A stretch of DNA of 64,000 nt from a virus. Taxonomy: Duplodnaviria > Caudoviricetes. Positions 44,604 through 53,309 of this stretch are shown in pieces. How positions within the stretch are numbered: position 1 is the first letter of the stretch; every line of letters starts with the position of its first letter. A program made the position numbers and the translations under genes. The stretch is taken from positions 1 to 64,000 of IMG/VR virus record IMGVR_UViG_2932480793_000001; one strand, written 5' to 3'. The notes beneath the pieces are model-generated. The model worked only from the letters and a program-made list of their open reading frames with translations, was not told the origin of the DNA and made no database searches.

Positions 44604-45158
44604 ATGCCCACGCCCCCCGAGCCCACCGCGCTCTACCGCCTCTACAACGCCGACGACCGTCTGCTCTACATCGGAATCTCGCGCGAGCCGGAAGCCCGGC
44701 TGCGAGACCACAGATGGGCCCCTCATCACGGGAAGTGGGCCAAGCTGATTGAGCGCCGCGAGATCACGTGGCACTCCAGTCGCGCGGCTGCCCTGACGGC
44801 GGAGGCCGCCGCCATCCGCGAGGAAAGACCAGCCCACAACGGTTCGCACAACTATCCGCACGCCCCCTTCAACCCCGCACACTGGCCCCGGATCGCAGCG
44901 GCGCGCGGCATGTCGGCGCAGCTTGCACTCCTCGTGCTCGCAGAGATCGAATCCGGCAGATGGCAGCCGGGCATGAAACTCCCCTCATGCAGTGAGCTCG
45001 GCCGAGCCACCGGCATGAGCAAGTCGGCCGCCACCAGCGCCATCCGAAAGCTCTGCGCAGAGAATCAACTGACGCAGATCCAGGGAGTCGGCGTCTTCGT
45101 CTACAGCGAGACCGGAATCGAGCGGGCCAACCAGGCCAGACGACGCCCTGCCACGTAG
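44604..45158 (+). CDS. GIY-YIG nuclease fused to a C-terminal GntR winged HTH
   Basis: ALYRLY...LLYIGIS...RLRDH...AEAAAIREERPAHN; EIESGRWQPGMKLPS..EL...GVGVFV. Confidence 0.82.
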   Translation: MPTPPEPTALYRLYNADDRLLYIGISREPEARLRDHRWAPHHGKWAKLIERREITWHSSRAAALTAEAAAIREERPAHNGSHNYPHAPFNPAHWPRIAAARGMSAQLALLVLAEIESGRWQPGMKLPSCSELGRATGMSKSAATSAIRKLCAENQLTQIQGVGVFVYSETGIERANQARRRPAT

Positions 45159-45877
45159 CTCTCGCAGGACGCACACCATCACCCAGATGCACTTTCCAGC
45201 CACATAGCCGAGAGAGTCGGAATAGTACAGCAATGGGAATCGGTGAGCGTTACATCCCACTTGAGCCCGTTAGGAACACCTCCGATTCAACCGAACCCCC
45301 TGCGCCGCCTGACCTCGGGCCCGTTTCGCCCGATGCGCGCCGGGCCGGTTTCCAACGCCACCCTCGGCCGCCCCGCCTAGGTTCGTGTCAGCGGCCGGCC
45401 GCCTCATACACACCTCCTCCGCACGGGGTTGCGGATGTGTGTGATGGTCGGTCTCGGCTTCGGGGCTTGCCGGGGAGTCGGTCGCCCGCCTGCCGACGAC
45501 GTCGTTTTCCGGTCGGTTTTGGCGGGGCCGGGAAGCTACATACTGAAATCCAATTAGGCAACGGAGTGGGTTCGAAAGCTGGAGGTCAGGGGCTCGGCGA
45601 GGGGGATAATTAACCTCCTGACCTGCGCGTTTCTGTCAAGTGTGACTTGTCAAAGTTGCAGGTTGAGATGGCTGGTCCGGATCTCCACCGTCTTACGGAT
45701 CTTGTGGCCTGATCTAGCGTTCGTTCTGCATAAGCGTCGTCGATCGACGTGATGTTACGTCGGGGCTCATCACCCCGGTCATGCAAGAGGCCCAGGCGCG
45801 TATCAGGCGCCTGGGCCGGGACCAGCCGCATCACCAGCTGGTCTTCAACCATCCCCTGCTAGGAAGAAGGTCTCGTC

Positions 45878-46411
45878 ATGATGGTATCGGACAGCGACAC
45901 CAAGAAGCTTGCAGCAGATCAGGGCCACCCCGCCTCTCCCCCGGTCCTGTCGGCCCCGGTTCCCCCTCCGCCGCCGGCCCCCACCGCCGCCTCGTCACCG
46001 GATCCGCGTCGTTGGTCGTTCGTCGACCGCCGCTCGGGCCGCCGCTTGGAGGTGACGTGTATGCGCGGCTGCGACGCCGACCACAGCCTGGATGCGTCGA
46101 CTCCGTCGGATCCGTCCGACATCTGGTGCCAGGTCGACTCGACGGTCGTGTGCCTGCCGATCAACTCGAACGGCACGCCGGAGAACATGCGGGTCCTGTC
46201 GGCGACTCTGAACATGCTGCCGTTCTCGGACAGCATCGCCTTGCGTGCCCCGCACGTGTCGGTGGAGGTCGTCCAGGACGAGTGGATCGAGGGCCTGGAC
46301 CCGGACGGTCTGGCCACGGTCATCGGGACCCTGCGGGAGCGGCTGGTGCATCTGGAGGAGATGCATGGCCGCCTGGAGGTTGCGCGGGCGGAGTGGCGGG
46401 CCGGCCGCTGA
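45878..46411 (+). CDS. DUF6907-like protein
   Basis: CMRGCDADH...DIWC...LDPDGLATVI. Confidence 0.65.
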   Translation: MMVSDSDTKKLAADQGHPASPPVLSAPVPPPPPAPTAASSPDPRRWSFVDRRSGRRLEVTCMRGCDADHSLDASTPSDPSDIWCQVDSTVVCLPINSNGTPENMRVLSATLNMLPFSDSIALRAPHVSVEVVQDEWIEGLDPDGLATVIGTLRERLVHLEEMHGRLEVARAEWRAGR

Positions 46412-46426
46412 CGTAGCGGTTCTTTC

Positions 46427-46456
46427 ACGGCCGGGCAGCACCAGCTGCCCGGCCGT
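46427..46456. terminator. Hairpin
   Basis: ACGGCCGGGCAGC-N4-GCTGCCCGGCCGT followed by TT. Confidence 0.65.
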
Positions 46457-46541
46457 TTCCAGATCGGCGGGCGGGTCCCGCGTTCCCTCAGGAGTGCTGT
46501 GTTTGTGCTGCTCGGCGTTGGTCGGCGCGGTGGAGGTTGTG

Positions 46542-47666
46542 ATGAGTAGCGAGCTGCGCCGCCAGTTGCGTGAGGCGTTGGGGCCGGAGATCAAGGGTTT
46601 GCAGCGGGCTGTGGCGTTGGAGATCGCGGATGACGCCCGGTACGACGACGAGTGGCGGTTCGACGCGGCTCGGGGTCGGCGCAGCAAGGTGCGCTTGGCG
46701 GACTTGGTGCGGTGGACGGGGGCGAAGGATGAGCTGAGCGTCCGGGAGATGCTGCGCCGGCTTGCGGTGGCGGGCTGGGAGTTCCGGTTGCCGATCGGTA
46801 CGGGCCGGGATGGTCGTCCGTTGTATGCGGTGCCGGGTGTGGCGATGCAGTTCCGGGTGCCGGATTTCGAAGCCCAAACCACCGTTGGGCCTTGTGATCC
46901 GGAAGGGCCAACCACGGTTGGGCCTTTGGCCTCTGAAGGCCCAACCGTGGTTGCGGAAGGCCCAACCACAGTGGGCGAAGGGCCAACCGTGGTTGGGCCC
47001 CATTCTCCTCCTCTTCTCCTTGCTTCTCCTCAAGACTCTCCCTCCTCCTCCGGCCTGTTGCCGTCTGCGGGTGATGAGTCGGCTGGCCAGGGAGGAGGGG
47101 GAGGTGATTCCCTTCATCAAGACCAGGACAGAGGTGCCGCCACCGGTACGCCGGAGCTCCACCCTCAGGCCGAGCCCTTCGTGGCCGCCCTGGACTTCCG
47201 GGGCCGTCCGCCGGGGTCGAAGCAACTTGGTCGGCTGGTCGCCCTTGCTGCTGACGCTTTGGACGCCGGCTGGGTGGAGCAGGACTTGAAGACGTACCTG
47301 GATCTCGGTGGTGCGGCGGTGAACTCTGCTGCGGCGGTGTACGCGCACCGCCTGGCCGCGGATGAGCTCCCGGACCCGGCGACGTTCCGCGAGGCTGCCA
47401 GGCGCCCTCTGGAGGGCACGGACGCGGTCGTGGACGGGTGGATGCAGCTTGCTGGGCGTTCGGGCCCACACAGGCCGTATCAGGACCCGTGGCGGCGCCT
47501 GGAGGAGGAGGGCCGGAACGGGTCGAGGCCGCAGGGGTGGGAGCGGGTGCCGCACTGCGGTGACCCGGACTGCGACCAGGTGACCCGCCGGCGGGATGCC
47601 CTCGGGCATGACGGGTTGCCGACGACGACGTTGTGCCAGCGGTGTCACCCTGCGATGCGGTTCTGA
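46542..47666 (+). CDS. Putative replication initiator with internal iterons (Rep 2)
   Basis: N-terminal HTH-like region, central GPTTV/GPTVV repeats, helical C-domain, terminal CGDPDC...CQRCHP; GGAGG RBS. Confidence 0.65.
   Translation: MSSELRRQLREALGPEIKGLQRAVALEIADDARYDDEWRFDAARGRRSKVRLADLVRWTGAKDELSVREMLRRLAVAGWEFRLPIGTGRDGRPLYAVPGVAMQFRVPDFEAQTTVGPCDPEGPTTVGPLASEGPTVVAEGPTTVGEGPTVVGPHSPPLLLASPQDSPSSSGLLPSAGDESAGQGGGGGDSLHQDQDRGAATGTPELHPQAEPFVAALDFRGRPPGSKQLGRLVALAADALDAGWVEQDLKTYLDLGGAAVNSAAAVYAHRLAADELPDPATFREAARRPLEGTDAVVDGWMQLAGRSGPHRPYQDPWRRLEEEGRNGSRPQGWERVPHCGDPDCDQVTRRRDALGHDGLPTTTLCQRCHPAMRF
46869..47000. repeat. Five iterons (GAAGGSCCAACCRYGGTTG) within Rep 2
   Basis: Starts at 46869, 46902, 46935, 46956, 46977 (spacing 33, 33, 21, 21), followed by a pyrimidine tract. 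Confidence 0.75.
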
Positions 47667-47747
47667 GGGGAAGGTCTCCGAAGCCGGGACACAGACGTCA
47701 AACTCAGGACAACATCGATGCCAGAGTTCGCATCCACGGAGGTCTGC

Positions 47748-48410
47748 ATGGCCAAACAGCTCACGACTCAGAACGCGACGATTACCACCGCCGCGGTCGA
47801 GGTGAAGACGCTCACCATCAGCGGCAAGCAAGTTACGCAAGCAGTCTTTAAGCAGATGGAAGTCGAGAACATCATCCAGCCTCTGGATGCCGAGTTGGCA
47901 GGCGAACCATGGGGCAGGGTCAACTACCACCCCGACAAGTGCGCAGATGAGCGGGAGCACCTCCATGTCGTATGGAACAAGGAGGGGGAGCTGCGTCGGG
48001 CGACCGTGTACGAGCCAACAGTGGCCGGACATAAGCACCTTCAGGCGGGGTTGTACGTCGAAGCTCTGATCGCAGAGGGCCTGGATAGCAGCGATCCGCG
48101 GACGAAGGCCAACGCCGACAGGTCAAACCGAGTGCAGGTGACTCGCGGCAGTAAGGACGGGGATCCTGGCGTGGCGCGCTTCACCCATCAGGGCGTTGCC
48201 TTCCAAGGTCCAGTCCGCGCGAGCTTTCTCAGCGTCTTCCGGAACGTCTATTTTCGAAAGGACATGGAAGAGGGCCTGTGGCATGAGCTGAAAAACGTTG
48301 CCGGACCCGAGGCCACTTCGGCGAGCATCGCTGATCGTCTCCCCGCTCTCAACTACACGACATCATGGCGCCACTTGAAGGAGTTGCCGCAGTTGTTCAT
48401 CGCAGTCTGA
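47748..48410 (+). CDS. Hypothetical phage protein
   Basis: GGAGG RBS; VEVKTLTISGKQVT...PWGRVNYHPD...LPQLFIAV. Confidence 0.75.
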   Translation: MAKQLTTQNATITTAAVEVKTLTISGKQVTQAVFKQMEVENIIQPLDAELAGEPWGRVNYHPDKCADEREHLHVVWNKEGELRRATVYEPTVAGHKHLQAGLYVEALIAEGLDSSDPRTKANADRSNRVQVTRGSKDGDPGVARFTHQGVAFQGPVRASFLSVFRNVYFRKDMEEGLWHELKNVAGPEATSASIADRLPALNYTTSWRHLKELPQLFIAV

Positions 48411-48420
48411 CCCGCACCAC

Positions 48421-48455
48421 GGCCGCCCCCGCGGGATTCGGGGGCGGCCTTCTTC
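48421..48455 (+). terminator. Hairpin terminator between convergent genes
   Basis: GGCCGCCCCC...GGGGGCGGCC followed by TTCTTC. Confidence 0.65.
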
Positions 48456-48488
48456 AGCTAACCACGGCCGCAAGCGATGACCGCGCAG

Positions 48489-49409
48489 TCACGCCCCTGC
48501 CTGCCCCGGTACGGGTACAACGGTGACGGCTTGCGGCGCTGCTGGCGGTTGCGGCCCGGCGACCATGGCCTGCACGAGGGCGGACAGGATCTCCCCGCGC
48601 TGCTCCTGGGTGAGGTCTCCGTCGGCAACCAACCGTTCGGCGGCGAGGTAGCGGGAGAGTTCGAGGGGTTGGTCGAAGTAGGACCGGAGGTGGGTGGCGG
48701 CGGCTTCCTGGGAGCGGATGAAGGTTTTGGCGACGTATCCGGCGAGGGCTGCGGACACGGCGCCGAGCCCGCCGGCGACGATCGCGACGGCGGTGGTGCT
48801 GGCCCAGAGGGCGATGCAGGCGAAGAGGATCAGGAGCAGGAAGCCGGCGCCCATGGCGATCTGGGCGTTGCGGAACGACGTCTTGGCCTGGCCGGTGGCG
48901 ATCTGGTGGTATAGGTCGAGGCGGGCGTGGGTGGCTTCCCAGAGTTCGGGGAGGCCGAGGGTGCCTCGGCGTCCGGCTTCACCGGCGGAAGGCGGGTCGG
49001 GTTCTTGATCTTCTTCTTCCGGTAGTTGCCACGCTGTTCGGTCGCTGCTGTGTGTGAGGCTGCCGCCGAAGGTGGTGCCTGTTGGCATGGTGTATTCGCG
49101 GCGGATAGCTTCGGCTAGTGCGTCTTCGGCCCGTGTGAGGCGTTGCCGGCTCTCGTCTTCTTCGGGGCTGGCGTTATTGGGTGCTGAGCGTCCTACGAGT
49201 AGGCCGGTTGCCAGGACGCCGCCGATTATTAGGCTTTGCGTGACGGCGTTGCCGTGCAGGATGGCCTTGGCTACGTCGTCGCCGTATCTGTTGGCGAGCA
49301 CGATTCCCGCGACGAGGGCGCCTGAGAGCGTGACGGCGACGAGTGCGCGTGGCCAGGTGATTTTGTGTTGGCGCGGGCGTTCGTTGGAGGGTTGGTCGCT
49401 GGACGGCAT
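48489..49409 (-). CDS. Membrane protein with TRADD-N-associated 2TM-like domain
   Basis: LYHQIATGQAKTSFRNAQIAMGAGFLLL...AALAGYVAKTF...HLRSYF, plus two N-terminal TM helices. Confidence 0.7.
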   Translation of the reverse strand: MPSSDQPSNERPRQHKITWPRALVAVTLSGALVAGIVLANRYGDDVAKAILHGNAVTQSLIIGGVLATGLLVGRSAPNNASPEEDESRQRLTRAEDALAEAIRREYTMPTGTTFGGSLTHSSDRTAWQLPEEEDQEPDPPSAGEAGRRGTLGLPELWEATHARLDLYHQIATGQAKTSFRNAQIAMGAGFLLLILFACIALWASTTAVAIVAGGLGAVSAALAGYVAKTFIRSQEAAATHLRSYFDQPLELSRYLAAERLVADGDLTQEQRGEILSALVQAMVAGPQPPAAPQAVTVVPVPGQAGA

Positions 49410-49555
49410 GGATCAAGAGGATGCCGAGCCGATGCCGGGCCGTCCACCGGTTCCGGTGAACCGGGCGTGGTGGGGTGTCCGCGGCCCGAGATGCGGGGTT
49501 CGTGGTCTGGGGTGAGCCTGGGTGGAGGCTTCGTTCCTCTACTGCTTGGAGCGTC

Positions 49556-49801
49556 ATGATCGTCAAGATGTTGCATGACAAGGGCCTCAAGGCTGAGCAC
49601 GCCTACACGGCGGCGTTCGTGTCGATCGGGTTGTCGGTCGCGTCGTGGTGCGGGTCGATGAAGGTTGAACCGGCGGGGGTGGCGCGTGCTGACCGGTGGG
49701 GGATTTTCATTGGCGAGTGGGCGCCGACGTTCTTCGGGCTCGGCCTGGCGTTGGCGCACTACGAGCATGACGAGGACACCCTGCACTCGGTGACGCACTG
49801 A
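49556..49801 (+). CDS. Small membrane protein
   Basis: AAFVSIGLSVASW...ADRWGIFIGEWAPTFFGLG. Confidence 0.75.
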   Translation: MIVKMLHDKGLKAEHAYTAAFVSIGLSVASWCGSMKVEPAGVARADRWGIFIGEWAPTFFGLGLALAHYEHDEDTLHSVTH

Positions 49802-49822
49802 CGGCGCTCCTGCAGCACAGCA

Positions 49823-49855
49823 GAGCCCCCGCCCGGTTCGCCGGCGGGGGCTTTG
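49823..49855 (+). terminator. Hairpin terminator
   Basis: GCCCCCGCC...GGCGGGGGC followed by TTT. Confidence 0.65.
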
Positions 49856-49939
49856 TCGTGCCAGCGGCGTCACCTGGCGATGCGGTTCCGAGGGGCCTGG
49901 ACGAATGGCGTGCGCGAGGACTCCAGCGCGCACACGTAT

Positions 49940-49955
49940 TCGAACATGTGATCGA
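49940..49955. promoter_or_regulatory. LexA (SOS) box-like site
   Basis: TCGAACATGTGATCGA; one mismatch to the actinobacterial TCGAAC-N4-GTTCGA consensus. Confidence 0.55.
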
Positions 49956-50117
49956 TGCGTCACGGGTTGTCCAGACCTTCACCCTGCCTCTTACCGCTGT
50001 CAGTGGTTGTCGCTACGGTGGGCTGACTGGGGGATGTGCCGTCCTGCCCGTAGACCCGCCGAGTCGCACCCGGAGAGGACTCATCTACGGTGAGGATCAG
50101 GCACCAGAGGGGACACC

Positions 50118-50576
50118 ATGACAGCGAACGTTCAGGACGTGGCCGCGTACATACTGCGCAAGGACAGTCCGATGTCCGCGATGAAGCTGCAGAAGCTCTG
50201 CTACTTCGCCTATGGGTACCACTTGGCGTGGGAGGACCGACAGCTGTTCCCGGAGCGCTTCGAGGCGTGGGCGAACGGCCCGGTGGTGTACGAGCTGTAC
50301 GCGCAGCACCGCGGCCAGTACCGGCTGGAGAGCGGCGACATCCACGGCGATCCGTCCAAGCTGGATGCCGGCGAAGTTGAGTCGATCGACGCCGTACTGG
50401 AGAGTTTCAAGGCGTTCTCGGCCCATGAGCTGTCCGCGATGACGCACCGGCCGGGACCGTGGCTGGATGCTCGTCGGCGGGCCGGCCTGGAGGACGACCT
50501 GCAGCGCAGCAACGAGGAGCTGCGGGACGAGGAGATCGCCGACTTCTTCGGCGCGTTGGCGGGCCGCGAAGACTGA
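50118..50576 (+). CDS. Panacea (SocA/DUF4065) domain antitoxin
   Basis: MSAMKLQKLCYFAYG...LFPERFEAWANGPV...LSAMTH..GPW. Confidence 0.9.
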   Translation: MTANVQDVAAYILRKDSPMSAMKLQKLCYFAYGYHLAWEDRQLFPERFEAWANGPVVYELYAQHRGQYRLESGDIHGDPSKLDAGEVESIDAVLESFKAFSAHELSAMTHRPGPWLDARRRAGLEDDLQRSNEELRDEEIADFFGALAGRED

Positions 50577-51037
50577 TGGGCAAAGGGGGGAAGGGGAAGA
50601 AGGTCAGCGTCCCGCCCGGTTCCATCGCGGACGAGAAGCGAACAGGCGATCCGAAGTCCCTACTGCCAAGCAGTGGGACTTCGGAGGAGCGGGTGTGCTG
50701 GCGGTTCAGTCACCTCGACCTGGGCGGCCCATGGGGGCTCGTGTCGCTTGACCATGAACGGTTGATGGTGCTGCTCACGGACATGGCGAAGTTCGAAAGC
50801 CAAACCGTTAACGAGCTCTTTCATCAAGGCGAGTGGCCTGGCAAGTGCCATGACGTTCACACTCTGCCGAATAGGGCCGCACTGGCACGCCTCGACGAGA
50901 TCGGCCTATCCGACATGACGAAGATTTGGAAGCTCCGCATTGGGGGCCCTGGCCGGCTCTGGGGTTTCCTGGTCGGGAACGTTTTCCATGTCGTTTGGTG
51001 GGATCCGCGGCATGAGGTCTGGCCCTCGAAGCGCTGA
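50576..51037 (+). CDS. Putative cognate toxin (RelE/Gp49-like RNase fold)
   Basis: TGATG-coupled to the Panacea gene; IWKLRIGGPGRLWGFLVGNVFHVVWWDPRHEVWPS. Confidence 0.7.
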   Translation: MGKGGKGKKVSVPPGSIADEKRTGDPKSLLPSSGTSEERVCWRFSHLDLGGPWGLVSLDHERLMVLLTDMAKFESQTVNELFHQGEWPGKCHDVHTLPNRAALARLDEIGLSDMTKIWKLRIGGPGRLWGFLVGNVFHVVWWDPRHEVWPSKR

Positions 51038-51160
51038 CGGCGCCTGGCGAACCGCCGTGTCGTGCGGGACGGACACCGCGGAGGACGGGCGCAGGGTCTG
51101 GGCGGTCCTCGACCTGTAGGTGCGGCGTGTCCTGAACCTCGCCCTGCCCGTTGAACCAGC

Positions 51161-51334
51161 ATGGACTCCCCCACCGGCTCGTACCCGGCAGCACCCCGTC
51201 TCTCGCTGGTCACGTTGGAGGAGGCGCGGGAGGCGGTTCGCCTGTTGCAGCACTTCGCCGATGACAGCCCGGAGGGGCAGGCCGCCGACGCCTGGGTGGC
51301 TGAGGTGGCGTTGCGGTTGCCAGCCGACGACTGA
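51161..51334 (+). CDS. Small acidic protein
   Basis: Manual translation: MDSPTGSYPAAPRLSLVTLEEAREAVRLLQHFADD...VALRLPADD*. Confidence 0.5.
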   Translation: MDSPTGSYPAAPRLSLVTLEEAREAVRLLQHFADDSPEGQAADAWVAEVALRLPADD

Positions 51335-51386
51335 GCACGCGAAGCGGCCCATACCCGCCCGGGTGGGGGCCGCGGTGTGTCCGGGT

Positions 51387-51683
51387 TCAGTCGTCCGGTA
51401 GCTGCCCTTGGTCTGGCCCGTAGGCGTAACGAACCCCCGGTTGTCCCCACCGGTAGGCGCGGCCGTAGCCGCTCATGCCTTCGAAGGCGATGTCGACGTG
51501 GTAGGTGACGTGGCCGTCGTGGTGGGTGTCGCGGGAGGTGACGGTGGCCCGGTGCCATTGGCCTTTGTGGCGGATGTAGAGGCCGGGTTGTCGGAGGCGC
51601 GGGTAGATGTGCATTTCGGGTTCTGGCCCGTCGCCTTCGTTCCAGGGTGGTTCCTCTACCGCATCCGGAATCTGTTCGTTCAC
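51387..51683 (-). CDS. Small SH3-like protein, leaderless, possibly SOS-regulated
   Basis: TACAAT 7 nt upstream of the GTG; GQWHRATVTSR...YHVDI. Confidence 0.7.
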   Translation of the reverse strand: MNEQIPDAVEEPPWNEGDGPEPEMHIYPRLRQPGLYIRHKGQWHRATVTSRDTHHDGHVTYHVDIAFEGMSGYGRAYRWGQPGVRYAYGPDQGQLPDD

Positions 51684-51696
51684 TTGTTCGATTGTA
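51676..51696 (-). promoter_or_regulatory. -10 box overlapped by a LexA-like box
   Basis: Minus strand TACAATCGAACAAGTGAACGA; two mismatches to the LexA consensus. Confidence 0.5.
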
Positions 51697-51744
51697 CGGG
51701 TAGTGGAACGCCCTCACCAGCCGAAACAGCCAGTGAGGGCACGG

Positions 51745-52182
51745 TCACGCCTGGCCCCCGTTGAGTCGTTCACGGACCCACTGGGCGTCGGATTCGGCGA
51801 CGTGCGCGCCTCCGCTGCGCCCGACGTGGACGGTGGTGGGCTGCCCGTCACCGTCCCGCTCCGGGCCGACGTAGGCACCCCAGGGCTGGGAGCCACCGTC
51901 GGGCGGGGTGTGCCCGTCGGGGCAGTGCGGGCAGGTGCGGTCCGCGTTGTCCCAGCCGATCGGGGCGGGGTCGTCCCACACGATGGCGGTGTGCCCGCCG
52001 TGCCCGTGGATGGCCTCGGCGTCCTTGATGCGGTCCCAGTTGACGGTCGAAGCCCGCTCGCCGCGCCACCGGAGCGTGGCCGTGCCGTCCGGCCACAGAA
52101 CCCCGTCTGCGACACGGCCGGTCCCGGACGCTCCGGTCACGTCAACGTTGCGCTGGAGATGAAAGCGGCGGGGCTCGCTCAT
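51745..52182 (-). CDS. Hypothetical phage protein
   Basis: RRFHLQRNVDVTGASGTGRVADGVLWPDG...HGHGG. Confidence 0.75.
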   Translation of the reverse strand: MSEPRRFHLQRNVDVTGASGTGRVADGVLWPDGTATLRWRGERASTVNWDRIKDAEAIHGHGGHTAIVWDDPAPIGWDNADRTCPHCPDGHTPPDGGSQPWGAYVGPERDGDGQPTTVHVGRSGGAHVAESDAQWVRERLNGGQA

Positions 52183-52571
52183 GCGGGGTCTCCCTGCTGC
52201 TGGTCGCCGAACGAATCGGTGTCGATGAGGTGCTGGATGCGGGCGGCGAACCGTTCCCCGAACTCGGGGCCGATGCGGTTGGCCAGGGCCATCAGTTCGG
52301 TGACGATCGCGGCTGCCCCGTCCTCGTTCATCAGGTACAGGTTCCGCGCCCGGTCGGGACTCTTGTTGATGCGCCCTTCGAGGAGCACCGCAAGGACGGG
52401 TCCGCCGCTGCGGGTTTCGACGAGGGTCACGGTGGAGTGGTCGAGAAGGACGGCGTTGCGGTCGTCGAGGATGACGCCATGCCGGTCCTGGGGGCCTCCG
52501 GGGCCGACGATGTCGCCACCGGACTTGCGGGGGTCGCCGCTGGTTCGGCGGCCGTTCTTCCTGCTGCTCAT
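52179..52571 (-). CDS. Hypothetical phage protein
   Basis: ATGA overlaps; LEGRINKSPDR. Confidence 0.7.
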   Translation of the reverse strand: MSSRKNGRRTSGDPRKSGGDIVGPGGPQDRHGVILDDRNAVLLDHSTVTLVETRSGGPVLAVLLEGRINKSPDRARNLYLMNEDGAAAIVTELMALANRIGPEFGERFAARIQHLIDTDSFGDQQQGDPA

Positions 52572-52732
52572 CGGTTCTTCTTCCTGGCTGCTCGCCGCGT
52601 GGCCCGGTTGGCCCGCGGTTGGGGTTGGCCGTCGGGGACGTGCTGTTCGCCGGTGGGTTGGAGGACGGTTTCCCACCTGGCCCCGGGGCGGCCGGCGTGC
52701 TCGCCCCGGGGTGTGGTGGACGGCCGGCTCAT
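52568..52732 (-). CDS. Small basic protein
   Basis: ATGA overlaps at both ends; ends NRATRRAARKKNR. Confidence 0.55.
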   Translation of the reverse strand: MSRPSTTPRGEHAGRPGARWETVLQPTGEQHVPDGQPQPRANRATRRAARKKNR

Positions 52733-52893
52733 GGCCGCCTCGGCTTGACGTTGCCCGCCGCATCGAGGTGCCCGTCGGCGGTCGCGAGAAGCCGCACCGC
52801 CCTAGCCAGGACGGTGGCCGGGGACTGGCCGCGGTACAGGCGCAGCAGGCGTGACGTCTCCGGGGTGAGGAGGACGGTGAGCGGGCGGATCAT
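52729..52893 (-). CDS. Small hypothetical protein
   Basis: AAGGAG RBS; MIRPLTVLLTPETSRLL... Confidence 0.6.
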   Translation of the reverse strand: MIRPLTVLLTPETSRLLRLYRGQSPATVLARAVRLLATADGHLDAAGNVKPRRP

Positions 52894-52917
52894 GCGTGTC
52901 TCCTTCGGTTGGCGGGG

Positions 52918-53145
52918 TCAGGCGGTGGCTGCGCGCCCAGTGGCGCGGGCGGCGCGGCATCGGGGGTACGGGCAGCCGGCCACCGGGGGCAGGTGGTGCG
53001 CGTTGCAGACGGCGAGTTGGTCGGTGCACTGGGCGGCAACGAGGTGCCCGACGAGTTCGCGGAGCCGGGCGGCTTCCTCGGGGAGGAGTACGCCGCGTTC
53101 GGCGCGGTCGAGGAGGTGGTCGAGTTCGTCCGGCTGGCCGGTCAC
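52918..53145 (-). CDS. Small Cys-containing protein
   Basis: GTGA overlap; LDHLLDRAERGVLLPEEAARLR. Confidence 0.6.
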   Translation of the reverse strand: MTGQPDELDHLLDRAERGVLLPEEAARLRELVGHLVAAQCTDQLAVCNAHHLPPVAGCPYPRCRAARATGRAATA

Positions 53146-53309
53146 CGGGCCCCCTCGGGCTGGCCGCACGTGTTCTCGTGGCGGCGCAGCTCGGCTTCGC
53201 GGGTGCCTGGGGGCTTGCGGTCTCCGCAGCGGCCGCATTCCCAGACGGGGCAGCCGTTGACGTAGATGGACCGGTAGCGGGCGGGGCGTCGCGGCATGGT
53301 CGGGGTCAT
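53142..53309 (-). CDS. Small Zn-finger-like protein
   Basis: WECGRCG...RRHENTC. Confidence 0.5.
   Translation of the reverse strand: MTPTMPRRPARYRSIYVNGCPVWECGRCGDRKPPGTREAELRRHENTCGQPEGAR

Larger units (their letters stand above)
35790..47666. mobile_element. AICE/plasmid-type transfer-regulation-replication module embedded in the phage
   Basis: Spd-like genes, TraB/FtsK, clt-like array, Xis-like HTH, GntR and an iteron-bearing Rep; no integrase or flanking att repeat found by eye. Confidence 0.75.
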
